A DNA stretch of 64,000 nt from an uncultured Planctomycetaceae bacterium (GTDB taxonomy: Bacteria; Planctomycetota; Planctomycetia; Pirellulales; PALSA-1355): contig CAWAUV010000007.1 of the NCBI GenBank assembly GCA_963785305.1, positions 1,088,001 to 1,152,000 on the forward strand, in the 5' to 3' direction. The notes beneath the pieces are model-generated. The model worked only from the letters and a program-made list of their open reading frames with translations. It ran no database searches and had not been told where the DNA came from. Position 1 is the first letter of the stretch, and every line of letters starts with the position of its first letter. The position numbers and the translations under genes are program-made. This document shows positions 56,620 through 64,000 of the stretch, one piece after another.

Positions 56620-56824
56620 GCTCGTTCAACTGTATGGGGTTCGCGCGCGGCGAGCGCCGGCAAGAGACGCGCGCGGCGGCCCTAAAGAGCTATACGCCCG
56701 AGACGCGCGGCGGTCAAAAGCCTCGCGCGATTGCACGCCGCGCGCTCGGTGGCGCCGGGAGGCGGATCGCCGAGCAGACCGTTTATGCCGGTTGCGCTGG
56801 GGGGGCGGCGAAGTTCGGCGCGGC

Positions 56825-59800
56825 TCAGTCGGCGGGCGGGGCGGATTTGCGTTTGGGCGCGAATACCCGCCGCGCGGCGAGCGAAGCCGCCAAGCCCAGG
56901 CAAGTGCCCAATAGCAGCGACCACCGCAGGCTGCGAATGCCCATTTGATGCAAGAGCCCGCCCAGCACGAGCCCAAGCGCGAGGCCGATCGAGATCGAGA
57001 GAATCCACTGCACGCGCGAGCTGTCGAACATCGGCTGCTCGGCGACGCCTTGGATGAGTCGAAAGAACAGCGGCGTGAGGAGCAGTCCGAACAGGGTGAC
57101 TCCGATCATGCCGCTGAAGACCGCCGTGCCGAGGGCTTGGCGCATTTCAGCGCCGGCGCCGCGGGCGATCACCAGCGGAACCACGCCCAGGATAAAGGCC
57201 AGCGAGGTCATGGTGATGGGCCGCAACCGCAACCGCGCGGCTTCGAGCGTGGCGGTTTTTAGTTCGTGTCCGGTCGTGCGCAATTGCTTGGCGAATTCGA
57301 CGATCAGAATCGCGTTTTTGCAGGCCAGTCCCACCAGCACCACGAGCCCGATCTGCACGAAGATATTGAGCGCCATGTGGGCAATCGCCAGTCCCACGAT
57401 CGACGAAAGCACGCAGAGCGGCACCACGAGAATCACGGCCAGCGGCAGCGACCAGCTTTCATAGAGCGCCGCCAGCGCAAGAAGACGAACACCACCGACA
57501 TGGCGAACACGGCCAGGGTGGTGTTGCCGGCGATCTTCTGAAAATAGGCCAGATCGGTCCATTCCACGGCCATCGAGCGGGGAAGCGTGACCGCGGCCTG
57601 GTGTTCGATCATCGCTAGGCCCTGACCCGTGCTCAGTCCCGCGATGGCGCCGTTGACCGGCGCGGCGGGATAAAGATTGTAGCGATTCACCATCACGGGC
57701 CCGCTGTAGTCGCGCAGCGTCACGAGCGCGCTGAGCGGAACCATTTGCCCCTGGTTGTTGCGCACCTGGATCAAGTTGATCACCTGGTTGCGATTGCGAA
57801 ACGAGCCATCGGCCATCACATTCACCTGCCAGTAGCGACCGAAGGCATTGAAGCTGTTGACGTAGAGCGAGCCGAGGTAGACGTTGAGCGCCATGTTCAC
57901 ATCGGCGATCGAAATACCCATGGTCGTGATCTTGTCGCGGTCGATGTCCATGAACAATTGACCGGTATTGGCGGAATACTGCGTCATGACGCCGGCCAAG
58001 CCCGGCCGCGCGGCGAGATCGTGAATCAGCCGCTTCGATTGCTTTTCGAGCGCCGCGAGCCCGAGCCCGCCGCGGTCCTCGACCATCAGTTTGAATCCGC
58101 CGGCCAGGCCGATGCCCGGCACCGGCGCCGCGCCGAACAGACTCACGATCGCCTCATGCACGTCGGCGTGGAAGCGGGTCTTGAGTCGGGCCATGATCGC
58201 GTCGGCATAAAGTTCCGGCGCCCGGCGGTCCTCGAATGGCTTGAGAATAATGAACATCGTGCCGAAGTTGGAACTGGTCGACTGGGCGATGAACGAATTG
58301 CCGACCATGAGCACCGTGTGCTCGACGCCCTCGAATTCGCGCGCGATCCGATCGATCTCGAGCATCACGTCGCGCGTGCGCTCGAGCGAGGCGGCGTCGG
58401 GTAGTTGCACATTCACGATCAGCCGGCCTTGATCTTGCTGTGGAATAAAGCCGATCGGCCAACGGACCAGCAAGTAACCGGTCAGCGCGAGCAGGCCGAA
58501 ATAGCCGAAGATCGCCACCGGCGCCGCGCCGAGCAAGCGCGCCACGAGCCAATTATAAACGGCGCTGACCAGGCCAAATGCCTTGTCGAACAGCCAGAAA
58601 TACCAGCCCAGGGCCAGCCGCAGCAGCCCGTCGAGCGGATCGCGGCCCGCGGAGTGGGGCTTGAGCAACATGGCGGCCAGGGCCGGGCTGAGCGTGAGCG
58701 AGTTGAAGGCCGAGATCACGGTCGAGGCCGAGATCGTGACGGCGAACTGCCGAAAGAACTGCCCCGGAATGCCGCTGATGAAGGCGCAGGGCACGAACAC
58801 GGCGCACAACACCAGCGCCACCGCCACGACCGGGCCGGTGACTTCGTCCATGGCTTTGCGCGTGGCGTCGCGGGGGGTGTAGCCCTCCTCGAGCCAGCGT
58901 TCGACATTTTCGACCACCACGATCGCGTCGTCGACCACGATGCCGATGGCGAGCACCAAGCCGAAGAGCGAGATGTTGTTGATCGAGAAGCCGAGGGCCG
59001 CCATCACGGCGAATGTTCCCAAGATCGCCACCGGCACGGCCACGAGCGGAATCACCGCCGCTCGCCAACGCTGCAAGAAGGTGAGCACCACGATCGCCAC
59101 CAGCGCCACGGCCTCGAACAGAGTCTTGACCACATCGGCGATCGATTCGGAAACATAGGGCGTCGTGTCGTAGGCGATGCTGTAGGCCACGCCGCGCGGG
59201 AAACGTGTTTCCAGCTCGCGCATCTTTGGCCTTCACGCCCTCGGCCACGTCGAGTGCGTTGGTGCCCGGCAGTTGAAACACGGCCAAACCGACGCTCGGC
59301 GCGCCATCGAGATAGCAGGACTGGGTGTAGTTCGAGCGCGCCGATTTCTACCCGGGCCACGTCGCGCATTCGCACCATCTCGGTCGCCGCGCCGTCGGCT
59401 CCGCGATTGGTGGCCTTGACGATCACATTGCCGAATTGTTCGGGAGTTCTCGAGCCGGCCGAGCGAATCGTAGGTCACTTGCGTGGCCTGACCGGCGGAG
59501 CTCGGCGGAGGCGAGCCATATTGCCCCGAGGCGGCGGCGAGATTTTGGTTCTTGATTGCCAACACCACTTCGCCCGCCGCGATATTGCGAGCCGAAAGCT
59601 CTTGCGGGTCGAGCCAGTAGCGCAGGCTATAGTCTCGCTGCCCGAGATAGGTGATGTCGCCGATTCCCGGCAGCCGCAGCAGTTCGTCGCGGCAGTTGAT
59701 CGTGACATAGTTGCTGAGGTAAATGTCGTCGTAGCGGCGGTCGGGCGAATGGAAGTTGATGATCAAGAGAATCGCTTGGCCCCGCTTGCGCACCGTGATG

Positions 59801-60177
59801 CCTTGTTGCTGCACATTGGTGGGCAATTGGGGCAGGGCCAGCGTCACCCTGTTTTGCACCATCACCAGGGCGGTATTGAGATCGGTTCCCAGTTCAAAGG
59901 TGACGAGCAGGTTGTAAGTGCCGTCGTTGTTCGATTGCGACGACATATAGAGCATGTTTTCGATGCCGTTGACCTGCTGCTCGATCGGCGCGGCGATCGT
60001 GTCGGCCACCACCTGAGCGCTGGCCCCCGGATACGAGACCGCCACTTGCACGCTGGGCGGCGCGATATCGGGATATTGCGTCACCGGCAGGCTTTTTAGG
60101 GCCAGCAGTCCGGCCAGCGAGATCACCACCGAGAGCACGGTGGCGAAGATCGGGCGATCGATGAAGAAATGCGACAT
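56825..60177 (-). CDS. RND efflux permease (AcrB/HAE1 family), about three frameshifts
   Basis: MSHFFIDRPIFATV, GLVLAIGIVVDDAIVVVENVER, SLTLSPAL, KNAILIVEFA, RLRPITMTSLAF. Confidence 0.93.
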
Positions 60178-60210
60178 GAAGAGCGCTCGGTCGTTTCGAG
60201 GCCGCGTTTA

Positions 60211-61614
60211 TTAAGGTGAACTGCGCGGGCCGGGCGAACGGCTGCTCGGCGCATCGCTCGATTCGATTCGCGAGGGGCTCGATCCTTCGGGAATACGCGT
60301 GGCCGGAGCGGTTTCGGGACTCGGCGCGCTGCGCGGTCGTTGCGGGGCGGCGTGCTCCGCGCCGGGCGAGGAGGCGGCGCCCATGAACTCGGCCAGCGTG
60401 GTGCGCTCGGGCTTCACGAGCGCATCGCTTTGCGCTTGTTGCACTCCGGCCACGATCACCCATTCGCCGGCCTTCACGCCTTGATCCACGACTCGCAGCC
60501 CGTTGGGTTGGAGGGCGCCCAGGGTCACGCGCCGATACTCGACCTTGTTTTCGCTGTTGACCACATAGACGAATTTATGGTCTTGATCCGTGCCTAGCGA
60601 GCGCTCCGCCACAAGCACCGCTACATGGGGCTGGCCCAAGGGAAGCCGCACGCGCACGAACATGCCCGGCGTGAGCAGGCGCGTGCCATGCTCGGGCCGC
60701 GGATTGGCGAACACGCCGCGGGCTGTGAGGGTTTGAGTGTTCGGATCGACCCGGTTGTTGATAAACGTGAGATTGCCACGGTGGGGAAAGCCTTGCTCGC
60801 CGCTAAGTGCGATAAACATCGGCCGCGTGCCCGACTCGCGCAGCGGCACGAACTTGCCGGCATTGATCTCGCGCTTGATCTTTTCGACCGTGATGCCGTC
60901 GATATCGAAATAGACATAGATCGGATCGAGCGAGACGACGGTCGTGAGCAGGGTTGAATCCTGCGTGACGAGGTTGCCCACGGTGTAGTAGTAGCGGCTC
61001 ACTTGGCCATCGATTTCCGAAGTGATGCGGCAATATTCGACATTGAGCCGATACGTTTCCACGGCCGCGCGCGAGGCCTCGACCTGTGCCCGAGCCTGAT
61101 CCTCGGTGGCTTGATATTGGTCGAGGTCCTGCTGGGTGATGACGCCCGGGCTCTTGGAGAGCGACTTGGCGCGGGCATTGTTGGCGCGGGCGAGTTTGTA
61201 GGCGGCCTCGTTGAGAGCCACTTGGGCCTCGGCCTGCGCGAGCTGGGCTTTGTAGGGGCGGTCGTCGATCTGGAAGAGAAGCTCGCCCCTCTTCACTTCG
61301 TCGCCTTCCTTGAACGGAGTCTTGTCGAGATAGCCGGTGACGCGCGCCCGGACATCGACCGCGTTTTGCGCTTCGATGCGGCCGGTGTAGTCGACGAAAT
61401 CGAGCACCTCGCGCTCGATCGCTTGCGCCACGGTCACGATCGGCGGCTCGACAACCGGCGGCGCGGCGACCCGCTGTTCGCATCCGCCGGGCCCGGCCGC
61501 CACCACGCACGCGGCGCCCGCGAGCCAAAGCGATGCCTGTCCGGAAAAAAATCGCGTTGCACGCGCAAGGAAACAGACAGGGTGAAAGTGGGTCGTGGCG
61601 TCGATCAAGGCCAT
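60211..61614 (-). CDS. RND efflux periplasmic adaptor (MFP) subunit
   Basis: VDVRARVTGYL..FKEGDEVKRGELLFQID, NRVDPNTQT, LTPGMFVRV. Confidence 0.93.
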   Translation of the reverse strand: MALIDATTHFHPVCFLARATRFFSGQASLWLAGAACVVAAGPGGCEQRVAAPPVVEPPIVTVAQAIEREVLDFVDYTGRIEAQNAVDVRARVTGYLDKTPFKEGDEVKRGELLFQIDDRPYKAQLAQAEAQVALNEAAYKLARANNARAKSLSKSPGVITQQDLDQYQATEDQARAQVEASRAAVETYRLNVEYCRITSEIDGQVSRYYYTVGNLVTQDSTLLTTVVSLDPIYVYFDIDGITVEKIKREINAGKFVPLRESGTRPMFIALSGEQGFPHRGNLTFINNRVDPNTQTLTARGVFANPRPEHGTRLLTPGMFVRVRLPLGQPHVAVLVAERSLGTDQDHKFVYVVNSENKVEYRRVTLGALQPNGLRVVDQGVKAGEWVIVAGVQQAQSDALVKPERTTLAEFMGAASSPGAEHAAPQRPRSAPSPETAPATRIPEGSSPSRIESSDAPSSRSPGPRSSP

Positions 61615-61834
61615 GCGCAGCTCGCAGTCGAGGGATCGCGTTCGTCGGGCAAGACCCGAATTCTATCGCGGGCGAGGGCGGCGCTCCAGCGCCTTACCGG
61701 TCGCTTCGAGCACGCGCATCCGAAAGATTGGCGAGGCCGCGGGGAGCGTCGCGCATGCAAGGCGGCACGACGCTCGTCGCTCGGGCGCGAAATTTGGCGC
61801 TGTTTCGTGCCGCGGATAAGGCAATTCCATGCGC

Positions 61835-61894
61835 AAAAAAACTCCCGGAAAGGCGTTGTCCCAGGGGGGCAAAGGACAACATCCTATCCGGGAG
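61835..61894 (-). terminator. Intrinsic terminator on the minus strand, ~220 nt upstream of the MFP gene
   Basis: Long stem CTCCCGGA.AGG..GTTGTCC / GGACAAC..CCT.TCCGGGAG followed by T7 on the minus strand. Confidence 0.7.
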
Positions 61895-62491
61895 CGATTG
61901 GACGGTGGCTTGCGACCTCGTCGGTCGCGAAGCGTTCGTCATGGGCCTCGAGCTTTCGCCGCGCCGCGGGGAACAGCTTTCCCCGGCTCGGATTCGCGAC
62001 GGGCTCGCGGCCCGCTATATGCGAAGCGTGTTGTCAACGTCCATGTCGACAACCGCGCTTCGTGGTCCGCGGAAGCCTTGGCCCTCGAGAGCCCGACTTC
62101 CTGATGCAGACCCAGCCACGTGGGCAAAGTTGTGTCGTGCGTGCTGGCCTCGCTTGGTGGTTCGCGGTGTCTTGCTCGGTGTCTCGCGACCCCGTTCGTG
62201 ACTTGCGTGGGGCGGAGAATATGGAAATCGGCCATAACGGTCAAGGGCGGTTTTTCACGAGTTTTCCGCCTGTTTTTAAGGGTCCTCGCGGAGATCGCCA
62301 GAAATATTTTCGCGATCGTTCGGGACTCGACCGGCGAATCGCGATTTTGCCGAGTGGCTTGCGAATTCGAGCTGTTCGCGAATCCGGCGGCGGCCCATTA
62401 CACTAAAAGGCCCGCGCCGTGAATCGGCCAGACCCGGCCCGCGACGCATCGAGCAATTGAATCCTCGCCGGCCCGGAGTCGCGAAACATCG

Positions 62492-63013
62492 ATGTCTCAT
62501 CTCTCGCCGCGTCCCATCGTCATCGGCCGCCTTCGCTTGGTCTTCGCATGGCGGGGCGATCGCTTCGGACACGCTTTGCAAATGAGCGGACACGACGCCG
62601 ACGCGCCGGAAACGACATTGCTGGTCAGTGTCGAAGGCTCGCAAGACGAAGCTTGGCCGGCGAGCCCCGTCTTGCAAGAGTTTCACTGGGAGCCGCGGGC
62701 CGGAGGGCAATCGGTCGCGCTGCTCGTCGGTCGCGCCGGGCGAAGCCATTGGTCGCTAAGCGTGTTGTGCGACCCGGCGCGGGAGACATGCCTGTTCGAA
62801 GCCGCTTGCCGCGTGAGCCACGAGCCGGAGCGGCTCGGCAGTTCCTATGCTTATGGCGCCGAAGCCGAGGCCACGGGATCGCTAACGCTGGAGCGCGGCG
62901 ATGGCGGCGTCGTGACGCGCGGCGGCGAGACCTTGTGGCTGCCCGCCCCGGCGGTTGCCGCCGGCGGCGGCTTTCGCACCGTGTGCTGGAGTTATCGCGT
63001 CGGCCTGGTTTGA
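62492..63013 (+). CDS. Hypothetical protein
   Basis: LRLVFAWRGDRFGH..SVEG..WPASPVLQE..LLVGRAGRSHWSLSV..FEAACRV; globular-looking, family not recognised. Confidence 0.7.
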   Translation: MSHLSPRPIVIGRLRLVFAWRGDRFGHALQMSGHDADAPETTLLVSVEGSQDEAWPASPVLQEFHWEPRAGGQSVALLVGRAGRSHWSLSVLCDPARETCLFEAACRVSHEPERLGSSYAYGAEAEATGSLTLERGDGGVVTRGGETLWLPAPAVAAGGGFRTVCWSYRVGLV

Positions 63014-64000
63014 ACCGAGCGGGCGGTCGCGCCATCCTTCACATCGCCGGGCGCGGTGGCCATCGCCATCATTCCGCTCGGAGGCAAGTTACCATGGGCG
63101 TCGAACGGCAGCGGCCGGGGGACACTGAGCACTTCGAGATCTTCGCGAGATTCGGCTTCTTGCAGATATGCGACCCCGCATTCGACCTCGGCCAAATGCA
63201 AGGTGTCGCGAATCCAGAGCAACCGAGCCTCGGGCGGCTCGACCAAACCCACGGTCGCGAGCCCGGCGGTGAGCATGGTTTCATCCGTCGGAAAATCAAA
63301 GGGCGCCATGCCCACGGCGATTCGGCCGCTGGTGAGGCAATTCAGCCGCGTCTTGTGCCAATCGGTTTGCGCCACGAGCCGCGAGGTGCAAAATTCGGCG
63401 ACGCCGATGCCCGTGGCGTTGCCATGCGTGCCTGGCGAAAGGTCGCGCACCGCGATACGCCGCACCTTGGGCCATTCGTCGGCGAGCGCTTCATGCTCGT
63501 TGAATTTCCGGCCCACGACATTCGTGTCCAATCCGGTGCCCGAGATATCCTTGCCGATCCGATCGATGAGCAAGAATTCGACGCGAGGAAACGGCAGCCG
63601 CGGCAAGAGTCGCTTGGCCAAAACGAGCAGTTCTTTCTCGCGCTCGACGAGCTCCTGGGGCCTCATGGCGACAATGCGCGCGGTTTCGTCGTAACCATTT
63701 TCCACGATTCCGAGCCCGGCCACGATGCGGCATTCGGCCATCACCCGCTCGGCCACGCCGCGCACGATCTGGTCGAAATCGTAGTCGTGGATCGCGCGGT
63801 GATAAATCTTGGCGCCGGCGTGGTTGCCCAGGCCAATGAGCATCATTTTCATCAGCCCGCTTTCGATTTCGCCGGCGAAGTCGGTGTGCGGCTTCACCCG
63901 GCCCACGACCAGCACATGATCGGCCTCGAACGCATGGCGATCGAAATATACCGGAAAGCCTTCGGCCGACTGACATACGACGACCGTGTCCATGCTCGAC
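62992..64000 (-). CDS. Lactate racemase (LarA)-domain family protein, 5' end outside the window
   Basis: GRVKPHTDF..IESGLMKMMLIGLGNHAGA..H, IGKDISGTGLDTNVVGR, HGNATGIG. Confidence 0.8.
   Translation of the reverse strand, partial: SSMDTVVVCQSAEGFPVYFDRHAFEADHVLVVGRVKPHTDFAGEIESGLMKMMLIGLGNHAGAKIYHRAIHDYDFDQIVRGVAERVMAECRIVAGLGIVENGYDETARIVAMRPQELVEREKELLVLAKRLLPRLPFPRVEFLLIDRIGKDISGTGLDTNVVGRKFNEHEALADEWPKVRRIAVRDLSPGTHGNATGIGVAEFCTSRLVAQTDWHKTRLNCLTSGRIAVGMAPFDFPTDETMLTAGLATVGLVEPPEARLLWIRDTLHLAEVECGVAYLQEAESREDLEVLSVPRPLPFDAHGNLPPSGMMAMATAPGDVKDGATARSVQTRPTR

Noticed and set aside
62080..62110. Minus-strand GGAAGTCGGGCTC resembling the RNase P RNA P4 motif
   Set aside because: Imperfect match, and the complementary 3' CAGAACCCGGCTTA element is not seen downstream

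Overview
GC-rich bacterial chromosomal segment. Gene content and style point to Planctomycetota, probably Pirellulales-like (inference: three PEP-CTERM proteins, a secreted Hint-domain protein, an ECF/anti-sigma pair, an OprP-type porin, futalosine menaquinone genes). The housekeeping backbone is comEA-uvrB, the futalosine-pathway menaquinone cluster (ubiD-like, menG, ubiX, mqnP, mqnE), a Clp-N/ThiE fusion, clpC, a complete nuoA-N complex I operon followed by an atypical AAA+/Fis regulator and Mrp/ApbC, an RND efflux pair and a LarA-like gene. About 19 genes, including core respiratory ones, carry small frameshifts, most likely long-read assembly indels rather than pseudogenisation. Accessory elements are: a membrane-anchored NERD nuclease; a compact, more AT-rich three-gene cassette downstream of uvrB (TIGR04255-like protein, small acidic protein, putative ADP-ribosyltransferase-fold protein), the best candidate here for an undescribed toxin-antitoxin-chaperone or anti-phage system; an intact IS630 inserted just upstream of a PEP-CTERM gene; a probably leaderless small-protein + HNH pair; REP-like direct repeats bracketing an orphan PEP-hydrolase-family gene; and an unexplained terminated non-coding region upstream of the RND pump. 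No rRNA, tRNA or CRISPR array was recognised.
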